From Octopus sinensis (Eukaryota): 64,000 nt of DNA. This document shows, piece by piece, positions 26,131 through 39,934 of the stretch. Both the position numbers and the translations under genes were made by a program. The stretch spans positions 77,810,001 to 77,874,000 of the forward strand of contig NC_043005.1 in the NCBI RefSeq assembly GCF_006345805.1, given 5' to 3'. Under the pieces are notes generated by a model. It searched no databases. It saw only the letters and a list, made by a program, of their open reading frames with translations, and was not told where the DNA came from. The stretch's first letter is position 1; the number at the start of each line of letters is the position of its first letter.

Positions 26131-26807
26131 ATATTTATATGTATGTATGTATGTAAATACACACACACAGATATATAATAGATTACCTAATAGATTTTGT
26201 GAAAGTTACAACATTTCAGTTTGTATGTGTAAACAATTGATTTTTCTTATTGGAAGTATTGTTGAAAAATGTACACGCCGAAAGTTGCTGATGTGAATAT
26301 GAGGATGAAAAAAAATGAGATACCCAAAATAGTAGGAAAATTAGTTAAATGCATTAATCACTCCACGAATATTATACTTTTAATACGTACAATATGTTGT
26401 AGTCAACGAACCGTCGGTTATTCCACATTATGTTATTTTCTACAAGAAATGCTCTACCTAATTCCACATATGTTCTTCGTGTATATGTATTCAAAACCAT
26501 CAAAATATATGCATATCTACGCATGGATACTACATTGATAGCGTAAGCAAGTTGCATACATTTTCTAAAGATTTACAAGAGTCAGCAGGTTTAGTTTGTG
26601 CAAATGCTGCATATTTATAGCATATTTACCACATTCCGTGCAAAAGCAACAAATGTACATAATAAGCATTATTATTCACATTCACTGCAAAATTTCTAAC
26701 GAAACAATACGTCTTGTATAGACTTGAGGAGGCACTAACCAATCAATCAGTAACTTCAAATTACTTCAGTATGTCTGTTTCTTTTTGTTCTGCTTAAAGT
26801 AAGAAAC

Positions 26808-27073
26808 GTGGAGGCGCGTGGCTTAGTGGTTAGGCTGTCAGCACATATGATCGTAAGAGTTTGGTCTCGATTCCTAGATCGGGCGACGCGTTGTGTTCTT
26901 GAGTAAAACACTTCATTTCACGTTGCTCCAGTCCACTCAGCTGGCAAAAGTGATTAACGCTGCGATGGACTGGCGTCTCGTCCAGCTGGGGAACACATGC
27001 GCCATAGAAACCGGGAAACTGGGTCCATGAGCCTGGCTAGGCTTTAAAAGGGCGCATTTATTTATTTATTTTT
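26808..27073 (+). mobile_element. SINE head H2 plus tail T2, 14-bp TSD
   Basis: TSD TTAAAGTAAGAAAC at 26794-26807 and 27074-27087. tRNA head, CORE-like body, GCGATGGACTGGCG (V-domain-like) segment and (TTTA)n tail. Confidence 0.88.
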
Positions 27074-27185
27074 TTAAAGTAAGAAACACACGCGTGCAGT
27101 TGTAAATATGCTAAAGTTTATGATACATGATATTCTCACTAAGTTGAAAATAAGATGAAATTGTGGAATATAGGAAGCAGAATCG

Positions 27186-27562
27186 TGGCACGCCATCGGT
27201 TTCGGCGACGAGGATTCCAGTTGATGCGATCAACGGAACAGCCTGCTCGTGAAATAAATGTGCAAGTGGCTGAGCATTCCACCGACACGTGTACCCTTAA
27301 CGTAGTTCTCGGGGAGATTCAGCGTGACACAGAGTGTGACAAGGCTGGCCCTTTGAAATACAGGTACAACAGAAACAGGAAGTAAGAGTGAGAGAAAGTT
27401 GTGGTGAAAGAGTACAGCAGGGTTCGTCACCAGCCGCTGCCGGAGCCTCATGAAACTTTTAGGTGTTTTCGCTCAATAAGCACAACGCCCGGTCTGGGAA
27501 TCGAAACCGCGATCCTACGACCGCGTGTCCACTCCTCTAACCACTGGGCCAGTGCACCTCCA
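27186..27562 (-). mobile_element. SINE head H1 plus tail T3
   Basis: H1 head and body as at 10414, joined to the GTTGTACCTGTATTTCAAAGGG.. tail shared with 41011-41336. Confidence 0.85.
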
Positions 27563-27673
27563 CGGAAGATAGAATAATCAATAATGGGATAAGTGTAAAT
27601 ACAAATAATATTGTGCGTTAAATATATACTGGTGACACAGCGTGTGTATGTATGTATATATGTATGTGTTGCA

Positions 27674-27983
27674 CGCTAATCCCTCGACTATCGCAGAAAT
27701 CCCTCGACTCTCCGCTGTTTTAAATATCGAGTGGTATGCTTCAAATGCATCCTTTTAATAGCTCGGGCAGTCTCACGTGTGTTCTTGAAGCCTAGACAGA
27801 CTTGCTAAGGTTCCCGGGTTCACACGAGTAACGAGTCCTCTTTTCAGTCACTCAGTTATTTTTATAATTTGTATATATTTATTTTATTTTATTATAAATG
27901 CAAAACAACACCACAGAGGAAACGACGTAATCTTAAATAATAAACCGCAATAAGTGAAACCGCGGTATGACGAGGGATTACTG
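27674..27983. mobile_element. pogo/Tigger-like MITE
   Basis: Degenerate left end TAATCCCTCGACTATCGC and right end CGCGGTATGACGAGGGATTACTG followed by TA. Confidence 0.5.
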
Positions 27984-28708
27984 TATTCAGATAGCCAGAC
28001 AGACAAACTGAAATGAAGTGTTTTGCTCAAGTGCACAACACATTACCCGTTCTGAGAATCGAAACCATGAGCTTGCGCTCGTGAGTGGAGCATCTTAATC
28101 ACTACGCCACATATCCTTTACGAACTTTGTAGAGAGTCAATAATTGTTAAAGATGAATTTATCTTCCGGCCTTAAAGAGATGGGCTAGTCTTCGGGGATG
28201 TAGGTACATCTATATTAACAGTGTGCTTTATCTCTAGATATACAAATCCCATCTTTTTTAATCCTCAAGATTACATTATCCAATACCTACTTAATTTTTC
28301 AGACGTTGGGATTCGATTTGAGAGAGATTTAGGTGCTATTTCTTGCAGGTCAGTTATGTGGTCACGCACAGGACCCTGAAATGGTTCGCTTCTGCTTCAG
28401 AGATGATTTTCCTTACGCCGTTTATTATTGAACTGTGGGTTGTTTAGAACTACTTCCTCCGTTTCATATTTCACAAGTTTTGTATAAACATGATTTAGAA
28501 ATCATAGAAATTGTAGAAATGTCTGTTTAAAAAAAAAATTATTATTGAAAAACGTTAACAGCAAAAAGGAACTCGGAATAGAATTAATTTTTTAAATTAC
28601 AATTTTGGCTTCCAGTATTTCATTACGCCGAAAAAATTAAACGCAAATATATATTGACAGTTTCATTTTAATCTGTGAAAGTTGAAAAGGAAATTGTAAC
28701 ATATATAT

Positions 28709-28840
<132 letters not shown>

Positions 28841-28841
28841 C

Positions 28842-28922
<81 letters not shown>

Positions 28923-29080
28923 TATATATATATAATTAGGTAAGTCAAACTAAATAAAATAATAAAATAATATATATATACGAGTTCTGATCAATAAGTA
29001 TCCGCTTTTTGGTACTAAACGACTATACGTGCTGCCATCTGAAGCCGAATGCCGCATTATTGTAGTTTTCTTTTAGTATA

Positions 29081-29690
29081 CGAGGTCTTATCAATAAGTA
29101 TCCGGACTGTTGTCATAGTAACGAAGCTAATGCATGCAGAGTAAAGCCACTCGTCACAGATTGACCTTGAACTCTGCTGTGCATGCGCTCTACGTTTTAA
29201 CGTTGTGGCTCACCTCTCTTTACAACAGTGCTTGGAAAGACGGTGTGTATCGTGTGATCGTCGCATTGACCATGACAGAGAAAGTTGTCATGGCGATACC
29301 TGCTCAGAGGCTTATGCAAGGTTGCAGAAAGTACTTGAAGAGGAATGAATGAGCTGCACACAAGTGTACCAGTGGTTCAAACGTTTCCAAGATGGCAGAA
29401 AAAAAAGTGTCGATATTGACGAACGTTCTGGGGGGCCCGCAACCAGCAGAACTGAGAAAAACATCGCAGAAATGCGTGCAGCTGTGAGGGGAAATCGTCG
29501 AATCAACATCCATGAGTTATCAGAGGATGTGCAGATTAGTTACGGATCGGGTCAGCCCGTTATCACTGAAGATTTGGGTATGAGACGCTTGTCTGCTAAA
29601 ACTGTTTTCAACTGACCAAAAAGACCATCAGGTTAGTTGCACAAGATCTCGATTGTGTTGAGAACGATGAAAACGTTTTGAAAACTCAAG
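29081..29690 (+). mobile_element. mariner 5' fragment
   Basis: TA|CGAGGTCTTATCAATAAGTATCCGG end. ORF 29349-29615 (QVYQWFKRFQDGR..DERSG.P..LGMRRLSAK) is a mariner HTH region. A second TIR-like start lies at 28981. Confidence 0.8.
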
Positions 29691-29742
29691 TTTCTCGTAT
29701 ATAATGTGTGTGTGTGTGTGGGGGGGTATTTATATACATATA

Positions 29743-30008
29743 TAGGCACAGGGGTGGCTCTGTGGTAAGTAGCTTGCTTACCAATCACATTGTTCCGGGT
29801 TCATTCCCACTGCGTGGCACCTTGGGCAAGTGTCTTCTACTATAGCCTCGGGCCGACCAAAGCCTTGTGAGTGGATTTGGTGGATGGAAACTGAAAGAAG
29901 CCCGTCGTATATATGTATATGTATATATGTGTGTGTCTCTTGACAACCGATCCTGGTGTCCTTACGTCCCCGTAACTTAGCGGTTCGGCAAAAGAGAGCG
30001 ATAAAGTA
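29743..30008 (+). mobile_element. SINE family B, 3'-truncated
   Basis: Head, CORE-like segment and short internal microsatellite. Confidence 0.85.
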
Positions 30009-30055
30009 AATAGCAATCTCAAAAATAACGTGTAAAAGATAAAAGATATATATGC

Positions 30056-30087
<32 letters not shown>

Positions 30088-30163
30088 CATACACGTTTAT
30101 ATGCGTACATACGTATATGCATACATACACATATATATATGCATATATGTGCATATATATATA

Positions 30164-30205
<42 letters not shown>

Positions 30206-30725
30206 TATATATATAATATAATATATATATATATGCATATATGTGTACACGTATATAACTCTATAAGTATCTCTCTCCTCTTCTTTCTCACTTTTTCTCT
30301 CTCTCTCTCTTTTTCTCTCTATCTCTCTATATATACACACACACACACTTACAGACACGAACAAGTATAAAGACATACATACATACATACATACATACAT
30401 ACATACATACATACATACATACATACACAGAGTCACACATATATGCGTAGTATATTTATTACTGCATCTCGTTGAATAAAACAGTTTCAATTACTAACTA
30501 GCTAATGCCTTTGTATGTTTCTGCGAGACTCTAGACGAATTAGTTTCAAATAAATATATTCCATACTGAGACAAGTCAAAGAAGAAAAAAATGTGTCAGA
30601 GAAAATTATGGTTGAAATGCTGAAATGCACCGAAAAGAAACGAAACGACCGAATCTTTGAAGGTAGCAATATATTGATTAAATAGGCTTCTACATTCAGA
30701 CAATCATATTTCTTTGCAAAAAAAT

Positions 30726-30761
<36 letters not shown>

Positions 30762-30844
30762 GTAATGACTGAAAGAAAAAATCAACCAAAAAACGTATAT
30801 CTTGCTTTTTAAAAGCAGTCCTCTTTATAAGTATGACAACAGAA

Positions 30845-30935
30845 TTGTGCATTATTTACATTATTTACATTCGACGGATATTTGTCTTCATCTTGTTTGT
30901 TGTTAACACTACGTTTCGGCTGATTCCTAAGGTAT
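30845..30935 (-). mobile_element. Penelope-like terminal repeat fragment with the hammerhead core deleted
   Basis: Reverse complement matches 13855-13866 fused directly to 13922-13990. Confidence 0.65.
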
Positions 30936-30953
30936 TTTTCGATGTTGTTGTTG

Positions 30954-30959
<6 letters not shown>

Positions 30960-30991
<32 letters not shown>

Positions 30992-31072
30992 GTTCAGGTC
31001 ACTACTTGGAATCGAACTCGGAATCTTGGGGTTAGTAGCCCTCGCTCTTAATCACTACGCCATATGCCCGTG
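30960..31072 (-). mobile_element. Short tRNA(Ser)-like SINE with (AAT)n tail
   Basis: A-box TGGCGTAGTGA, anticodon-like loop CT-ACT-AA and B-box GAGTTCGATTCC. No acceptor stem, so not a tRNA gene. Confidence 0.7.
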
Positions 31073-31127
31073 ACTAATGTCTGATATACCAAACAGAATT
31101 GTGTTTGGTATATCAAACATTAGTCAC
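31070..31127. other. 58-nt near-perfect hairpin (26-bp stem, 1 mismatch, 6-nt loop)
   Basis: GTGACTAATGTCTGATATACCAAACA-GAATTG-TGTTTGGTATATCAAACATTAGTCAC. Confidence 0.85.
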
Positions 31128-31642
31128 AATAATTTTACTTGTTGTCTTACATTGGTTGCTAAATTTGTTCGTGTTCGAATGAGAGTGTAGTTAAGAAACT
31201 CGCTTTGCAGCCATGTAACTTCAGGTTCAGTCCCGCAGCGAGGCGCGGTACTTTCAGCAACTGTCTGAGTGACTTCTACTATATCCTTTTCTACTCTAGG
31301 CACAAGACCCGAAATTTTTTTTTTTGTTGGGGAGGGAGCAGTCGATTAGATCGACCCCAGTGTGTAAGTGATACTTAATTTATCGACTCCGAAAGGATGA
31401 AAGGCAAAGTCGACCTCGGCGGAATTTGAACTCAGAACGTAGTGGCAGACGAAATACCGCTAAGCATTTCTCCCAGCGTGCTAACGTTTCTGCCAGCTCG
31501 CTGCTTTGACTTCTACTATATCGCCGGGTAGACCAATGCTTTATGAATGAATTTGGGAGACAGAAACTGTGCGGAGGCAGTCGTGCGTATATATACACAC
31601 ACACGCACACACTCACACATGCATACATATGTGTATGCATGC

Positions 31643-31675
<33 letters not shown>

Positions 31676-31883
31676 TGTATGTATGTATGTATGCATGCAT
31701 GTTTGTATGTATGTATGTATGTATGTATGTATGTATGTATGTATGTATGTATGTATGTATGTATGCATGCATGTATGTATATAAATTAATAAAAACAGCT
31801 AAGTGCTGTTTACGTATATATATATATATACATATAAATATATATAGTAGAATAATAAAAAAAAATGGTTCTTGGTGCAGTAT

Positions 31884-32174
31884 AATATATTTGAAAAAAA
31901 TTGAGATGTCTTTTGGGGGAATAATTTTTATTTTGATGATAATGTTTCCAGTTACTTTAATGAGTTTCGAGAGCTTTTCTATCGCCGTTTTCAAACTGAA
32001 GTTCTGTGGTTTAAAAGGCTGTTTATATCGCAACAGTTGCTATATAAACAACCTTCTAAACTACAGAACTTCAGTTTGAAAACGGCTATAGAAAAGCTCT
32101 CGAAACTCATTAGAGTGACTGGAAACATTATCAATAAAAATTATCCCCCCAAAAGCCATCTCTACTAATTTTTT

Positions 32175-32185
<11 letters not shown>
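31884..32185. repeat. ~300-bp palindrome centred on 32035 (1-nt spacer), probable foldback MITE
   Basis: Pairing by hand, the inner 98 bp has 4 mismatches and 3 G.T pairs. Arms continue to about 150 bp with two small indels and end in TA runs. Confidence 0.88.
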
Positions 32186-32210
<25 letters not shown>

Positions 32211-32224
32211 CATCATGTGGGAAC

Positions 32225-32937
32225 TGACTGTGTTAGACAGAAAGACAGAAAAGAGTTGCAGTAAAATTTGTCTCACTAGTCACGACTGAAAGCATGTCGT
32301 GAACTGAAAGAACAGTTGGAAGTTGATCAGGAACTTTTTTCGAAGGTCATTACTGGTGACGAAAACTGGTGCTACGGCTACGACCCAGAAATGAAGCAGC
32401 AATCAAGTAAATGGAAGCATTTAAAGCTTCCATTTAAAGCATTCAATGCTTCCCCCCAAAAAGCGTGTCAAGTGAATTCTAACGTGAAGACGATACTCAT
32501 TTGTTTCATCGACGCAAAAGGAATTTGTCCACACAGAATTTGTTCCTCCTGATCAAACTGTTAACCATACATTTTACATAACAGTTGTGAAGCACTGCTT
32601 TGAGTATGAGACAGTTTTTGACCAAAAATGGCATGACCCCATTTACCCATTCTCCCTATTCACTCGATCTTGCTCCCAGTGAATTTTTCTTTGTTCCCCC
32701 AAATGAAAAGAGTCCTTAAATGGAAACAATTTGCAGATGTGAAAGAGGTGAAAGAAAAAAACAATGGAGGCGTTAAACTCGCGCGAGTTCCGGGATAGAT
32801 TCGATCAGTGGAAAACGGGTCTGGACAGATGCATTGCTTCAAATGGAGAATACTTTGAAGGCAATAAAAGCGTAAACATGTGAATAAAAGTGAATAAAAT
32901 ATTGCAAAATTCCTGTTTCTTTTGGGTACCCCCATCG
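32225..32937 (+). mobile_element. mariner 3' fragment with right TIR
   Basis: VITGDENWCYGYDPE, then HSPYSLDLAPSEFFLFP (YSPDLAP-like). Ends TTTGGGTACCCCCATCG|TA. Confidence 0.8.
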
Positions 32938-32950
32938 TACACACACACAC

Positions 32951-32986
<36 letters not shown>

Positions 32987-33725
32987 TCACACATTCATAT
33001 ATATATGTATATATGTATATGCATCTGTATGTATGTGTATGTTTTGGTATCATGTGTTTATGTTAGTTCCTCCACCTTTTGACAACACATCTTTATGTCC
33101 ACATAACAACGATCGGTGTCTGGCAAAGAGAGCGTAGGCTATGGAATAAGTACCAGACTAACCTCACAAGGCAATGCTCTAGTATGGCTGCAGTCTAGTG
33201 CGTGAAACAAGTAAAAGAACAAATAAATGGAATTTTTTCATCAAATAATAAATACAAACTCTGCATTCAAATGGTGATAAAGAGTTAACGATTTAAGTCA
33301 AACAGAAAACAGACCATATTAACATTTTTTCTTACTACAGTCTTAAAACAAAACTTTGAACAATTTATATCAGTTCATATTTAAATTCCCAAAAAACTTT
33401 GACCAATGAATTTGGACGTAAATAGACAGACAGCATATAAATTATTCGATCGCACTAATTACCTACGAATAGTAACAGTTTTAAGATAGTCTTATATTTC
33501 TGTCGACGCATTCGTGTGAATCATTCATATTTTAATAAAGGAAATTTGGATGAAGTCGCGTATACCTGTTAGGCTTTATATATATCTGTTAGCAATCTAG
33601 CTATAGAAAGTTTTTAAATGCTTTCTATAGATATGTCTGCTAAACATGTCTGACGAAGAATAAAGAAATCAAAGCATTAGCCTACAGGACTTTATATTCG
33701 ATGAATAGACTCCCGAAATATTTAA

Positions 33726-33760
<35 letters not shown>

Positions 33761-33778
33761 TACACACATACACACACA

Positions 33779-33823
<45 letters not shown>

Positions 33824-34878
33824 GTATGTATATGTATATATGTATGTATATATGTATGTATATATATATGTGTGTATATAAATATATGTATCCATGTATA
33901 TGCATGTGTGTGTGTGTATCGAGTATTTGCTTATGAATAATGATGGTATTTCTGATTCTGTAGAGAGTCTATTATCCACATCTATTCATGCATTTATCTT
34001 TTACTCGTTTCAGTCATTGGACTGCGGCCATGCTGGGGCACCGCCTTGAAGGATTTAGTTGAAAAAAAAAACGACCTCAGTACTTATGATTTTATTTTAA
34101 GTCGGGTACGTATACTACAGGTCTCTTTTGTGGAACCGCTAAGTTACAGAGACGTAAAAAAAGCCAACACCTGTTACCAAGCGATGATAGGGGACAAACA
34201 CACACGCACACACATACATAGAAATAGACACACTCATACACACATACTCTTTACTCTTTTACTTGTTTCAGTCATTTGACTGTGGCCATGCTGGAGTACC
34301 GCCTGTAGTCGAGCAACTCTACCCCAGGACTTATTCTTTGTGAGCCCACGTGACCGATGTTCGGCCAGGCCTGACCTTTCTTTCTTGGTTGGACTACTGT
34401 CCGTGCAACATCTATATTCCTTCCTGTCCTTGTTAAATCTTATGTCTCTGCCATAAGGCTTTACTTCCACACACGCCAGCTTAATTTAATTTGTCTTAAG
34501 TCGAAAGACACCCGTTGTTATGTCCTGTTATTTGTATTTCTCTAACATTTTGGTTTTTTTCATCCTTGTTTTCGTATACAATCGCCGCTTTCTTCCAAGG
34601 AATATAATACTCTTAGATTATTTTTCTTTGGGGCTGGCCAGATTGGAGCAATCTCGAGTATAACCAGCCGAAATTGCAACGATGATCTAGAACTCGACTG
34701 AGGATAGAAAATTTCGAATGATCCGTCTCCTTGTTTTCCTTGTATCGTCTGTCTGGATATTTTGTTTTCCCATTTTTGTTTCACTTAACTGTCGAGATGC
34801 TTTGCGTTCTTGTCCATTTTTGTATTTTTTTATATATGAAATATAGCGGTTTACGTACATTTTGGTCTATTATATATA

Positions 34879-34953
<75 letters not shown>

Positions 34954-35604
34954 TGATAAAGATTTATCTTAATATTTTGGATACTCATAATTTTCGTATT
35001 TAAAATATGTGTAGTAGAATCGAAAACATGAATAATTGTTTATTTTCGAATCAATAAATAATAGTTTCCTATAAAAAGCACATAATTTTTTTTATGTGTG
35101 TTTAGATCATACATACAAATATCTATTTCAAATTGATACTTGTTTATTGAATTCGATAAAGATATTTCCCAATTACGTTTCGTGTCTTCTCAGTAAGAAA
35201 AAAAAAAAAAATTAAATGTATGTATACAAATATATTTAGATTAACCTTGATATAATTGCCTTCTCATATTCTCCGAAAGAAAAGCATTAGAATGGTAGAT
35301 AGGGAAGTGATTCGAACAAAATTGCTTTGCAGTATAACGCTGTGTCATTATCCGTTTTGTTTTCAAAGGTAAACTTTGTTTATTATCCTTCGGAGGGTGT
35401 CTAAAATAACTACTAGTAAAAGACAAAAAGAAAAAAAATATCGTATTAACAGAGGCGACAAATTTATAAGAAAAAAGGACAAATCACAAAATTTTCGTTA
35501 CTTAATTCACCGATCTCTCTCTTTGGATTTGTGTGAAGCAAGGTTAACTCTGGTAGGGTGTGAAATTTAAACGTAGGAATTTGAGGGTCGTAACTAAGTA
35601 ATGA

Positions 35605-35919
35605 GGAGGCGCAATTTCCCGGTGTTTAGAGCAGCGGACTCGCGGTCGGAGGGTCGCGGTTTCGATTCCCACACCGGGCATTGTGTGTTTATTGAGCGAA
35701 AACACCTAAAGCTCCACGACGCTCCGGCAGGGTGGTGGTGGCGAACCCTGTTGTACTCATTCGCCCCAATTTTCTCTCACTCTTTCTTCCTATTTCTTGA
35801 GTAACGCTGCGAATGACTGGCGTCTCGTCCAGCTGGGGGGAACACATACGACATAGAAACCGGGAAACCGGGCCCATAAGCCTGGCTAGGCTTGAAAAAG
35901 GCGCATAAATAAATAAATA
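35605..35919 (+). mobile_element. SINE head H1 plus tail T2, 13-bp TSD
   Basis: TSD AACTAAGTAATGA at 35592-35604 and 35920-35932. Confidence 0.88.
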
Positions 35920-38900
35920 AACTAAGTAATGAATGACATTTTATTCTGACATTCTACACTCTATGCTACTGGACAGCAATTAGACTTGATCTTGAACTGG
36001 TAGGATCATTAGCGCGCCGGACATAATGCTTCGGATATTTATTCCGGTTCTTTTATACATCATTCGGTCGCACTGCTTGTACGAATTCCAGTGACTCCGT
36101 CGCCACTAAATTCTGTTATTCATATTTGAATTGGGAGCTTGAGTTATAATGAATTTTTCATTAACTGATTAGACAACCATGGACGCCATCTCTATAGGTG
36201 CATCTCTCGTAAACACTTTGTGAGAAAGCATTATGTATGTAGCATAGCCAAGTGCAGTAGCTTCATCTGGGAATAGCTTTGTCATAAGCCATGATGTTAC
36301 ACACAATACTTTCTCCATCCATATTTATTATATATGCTTTTCTAGAGGAAGACACCCGAGGATTAGGATGAACAATGTGGCTGTTATGTTCAAAGCTTTC
36401 TCTAGGATCAAAATAATTTTAGTGAAATCACATCTCACAGAAATAGAATCTTCATCGAAGAGGTACTTAGCGAGATTGTACCTGTTGCCTCAACGGCATT
36501 CATTACGAGCGGGTAACGAAGCTACTAACCAGTTGCTCGATGTGCTAGAAATAGCACCCACATCTTCATAAATTCATACCATAGCCTGAGGTTAACAACA
36601 ACAGTAACAATTTTTTTTTGTTAGAGGCATATTTAATGATACTGATTTCGTTTGAAAAGCCAATTTACACGGAAAGAGGTTTATGGTCGACATATAATCG
36701 ACTTCATATATTACTGGTATCTATTCCATTGATTTTCATGGATAAGTTATTGAAAAATAATACCGATTCCCTTTTATTGATTTCACAATGCAGAAGGACG
36801 AATTTATATAATGATAGCAGTTTCTTCAGATCCGAAGACCATGAGAAAGAGCGGTACACCCCCAAGTGACTATGTAAACCAATCCTTGATGCTCTGGGGC
36901 CTTTCTTCTTGCCGGCACTCGGTAATTTTAAAGTGAGAGTCAGTCCACGCAATTCGACCCCTACTCTTGGAGATATAGCTACAGTGGCTTAGCGGGCTAA
37001 GACTGTTGCAGTGACCAGCAACCTGTATGTACTACAGTGGATTGACTTTCCTCTTACAGGGCTGGAAATCTCCACCTACCTTGGAGTTGCCGGAAGGGAG
37101 CCAAAAAGGCGCTGGACTACCTAATGACACTAATCCTTGATTTGGTGTCGAGGATGACACCCCTAACCTTTCACTTTCTTTCCATAGGTAGTGAGGGCTT
37201 GTGTCTGGAATTTCATCCATAACGTACTAATTAATACATCGCTGGGACCCTGACAGATGATACTATTCCGGGTCAGAGAAGACCTGGGAACAACAGTGGC
37301 TAAGAGGTGATTCTATACCCCTCAAAACCCTAGAATTCCCGAACCAGGGCTCCACTGAAGGTTGCAATTTAATGTCATACGCAGTTTGCTTTCAGAATAA
37401 AAATTGGACGAATTCGTATACTGTAAGGTAATTAGTCGTGTAACTGTTGTACCATTTCCATCGATTCCACTATTGTTACAATATCGGTGCCTAAAATTGA
37501 TAGGAAGTTGTATTTGTAATGGTTGCAAGGCAGCGAGCTGGCAGAATCGCTAGTATACCGAGCATTTCGTCCGACTTGACGTTCTGCGTTCAAATTCCGC
37601 CAAAGTCGACTTTGCATTTCATCTTCTCGAGGTTGATAAAATAAGAATCAGTTTCGCACTGGGGTCGATGTAATCGAATAGTGCCCCCTCCTCCAATTTT
37701 TGGCATTGTACCTATAGTAGAAGGGATATCTATGATAGAGGTATAATCAATTGAACCAATTCCATTATATACTTGACTGTTATTTGAATAAATCTGGAGA
37801 TAAGAATTATAGAAATGTCTTTGAAATCAAAATCCCCATCGCCTCAGAAAAAGTGCAAGTTGGCTTATAGTGCCTTGGGTTCCATGAAAGGGGGAAAAAC
37901 ACCTGATGCGTTTCATCTAAGATTCTATTCGATTATGAACTGAGCTCATAAAAGACAAAATATTTAGTCCACTGCTAGACTGTTCCTATCTTCCAAATGT
38001 CCTTACAGTAAAAAACAAGCAAACAAACAAACAAAAAATCGGTAAAGCAAATCCCCTGGACATTATTATTACGAGTGCTAAGATTCATAGGGCCGGTTAT
38101 TCAGCGTCAATGGCATATGAATGACTGAAACCACATCATTGTCTCTGGATAGGACGCTAGTCCATCACAAGGTTTCTAATTTACAGCTGAGTGGACTGGA
38201 GGAACGTGAAATCAATTGTTTTACTAAAAAACCAAAACCAAAACAAACGTGGCGCTGTATCCAGGAATCGAAACCCCGATCTTGCGTGCAACACCACTGA
38301 CCACTACGCCACGCGCCTTCATGACGTCAGCATACACGTAATGATATTCAAGTGACAACGGGACATATTAAAGAAGTATAGTCACCATAGTGAGACAACT
38401 AATACAGTAATTTCAGAAATGAAGTATAATTTGATTTCAGAAGCTTTTTACGTTTGTGTCTGATGTGAAGATATAATTCAAAACGTTTTCTCTCTTTCTT
38501 ACATTCCTACTTTCTTTCTTTCCCTCCTTCTTTCTTTGTTTCTTTGTTTCTTTCTTTCTTCAATCGATATGTCTGTTCTTAATTCTCAGCTTGTGTAAAA
38601 TATACAAATAGAATAATGATTCACTACAAAGTAATTATTATTACATATAACATAAGATTTTTCAAATTTTCAGTAAAATATTGATTTAAAAACAACAACA
38701 ACAAAAAAAACCCCAACACATTTTACATATTTCTATGCGAAATGATAAAGTCAATTAAATTTTAACCCTTAACATACTAGATATACATTTTTACTATCGA
38801 CACCTGGGATTCGAACAGACAAAACGACGCAATTTTCTCTGGCATATTTATGTTCCTGACAACTCTGTCACCCTCATTCATCTGATCAAATTTTGAAGAT

Positions 38901-39014
38901 ATACGCATTAATAGATTCTGTTTTATGCGCCTATTGATTTTAAAATATATTGATCCTGCACATGACAACGTTAGTTATTGTTAGATTAAACTGAACATCT
39001 TGAACACCCCCCTC

Positions 39015-39061
<47 letters not shown>

Positions 39062-39368
39062 ACTGTTGCAGCTGTTGTTGATGATGATGATGATGAGGAT
39101 GATGAGGATTATGACTTTAATAATGGTGATGACAGGAAGTGTTGCTATCGATTTACTGCGTAACCTCACGGTTTACTAGGCGACCTCACTCAGAAATAGG
39201 AAGGTGACATGGTTGGATAGATATCAATATTCATGTTATAGGACTTCAGGTTTGTACAGGATATTAACTGATCAAAATCTGCTTATGTAAAAGTCGAATC
39301 GTAGGGAAAGAGGTGAGGTGCCGGAAAACTGAGATCACAAAAGCGGATTTAATCCACTATTGAAACTA

Positions 39369-39934
39369 TTGGAGTGTCCGGAAAGTTCGAGCCGATTTTT
39401 AAAGGAAAGTAAAGGATCAATAAATACTTGCCATTACATTTTTAATCTACCAAATATGAACCATTTTGTTGTACAATGCATCTCCATCTTTCCTTTAACT
39501 TGAAAATACCCTCTTCCCAGAATTGAGGTGGTTTCATGGCAAAGAATTCATCAAGGTATCATTTTACGTCATCCAAAGAATTGAAATTTTTACCATTAAG
39601 ACTATTCTGCAGAGACCTGAATAAGTGGAAATCCGAAGGAGCAATATCTGGTGAATATGGAGGGTGGGATAACACATTCCAGCGGAGCTGCAGCAATTTT
39701 TGTCTGGTTCCCAAAGCATCAAGTGCCGAAAATGAACTTTCTTATCTTCCATTTTAAAGGGTTTCAGAATTAACACAGGTTATAGGAACATAAACCTTCT
39801 TCCACAAAAATATAGCTTAAACTTTGCTCTAATTGGAGGTGTAGTCAAATCCTATTTTATGGACTCAACCATGTTCTAAAATAAGCCGAAAGGTAAGCTA
39901 CTATAAATCAGCACGAACTTTCCAGACAACCCAA
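39369..39934 (-). mobile_element. Internally deleted mariner (566 bp) with both TIRs
   Basis: TIRs TTGGAGTGTCCGGAAAGTTCG / TTGGGTTGTCTGGAAAGTTCG and TA TSDs. N-terminal MEDKKVHFRHLMLW is fused to C-terminal HPPYSPDIAPSDFHLFRSLQN. Confidence 0.88.

Noticed and set aside
33645-33720. CTGACGAAG followed by a weak stem
   Set aside because: No correctly placed GAAA or stem III.
34620-34690. Hammerhead-like GGCTGG..CCAGCC-GAAA-TTGCAA
   Set aside because: The CUGANGA core and the UH cleavage site are absent. At best a degenerate remnant.
38762-38790. TTAA|CCCTT piggyBac-like terminus
   Set aside because: No matching opposite end found.
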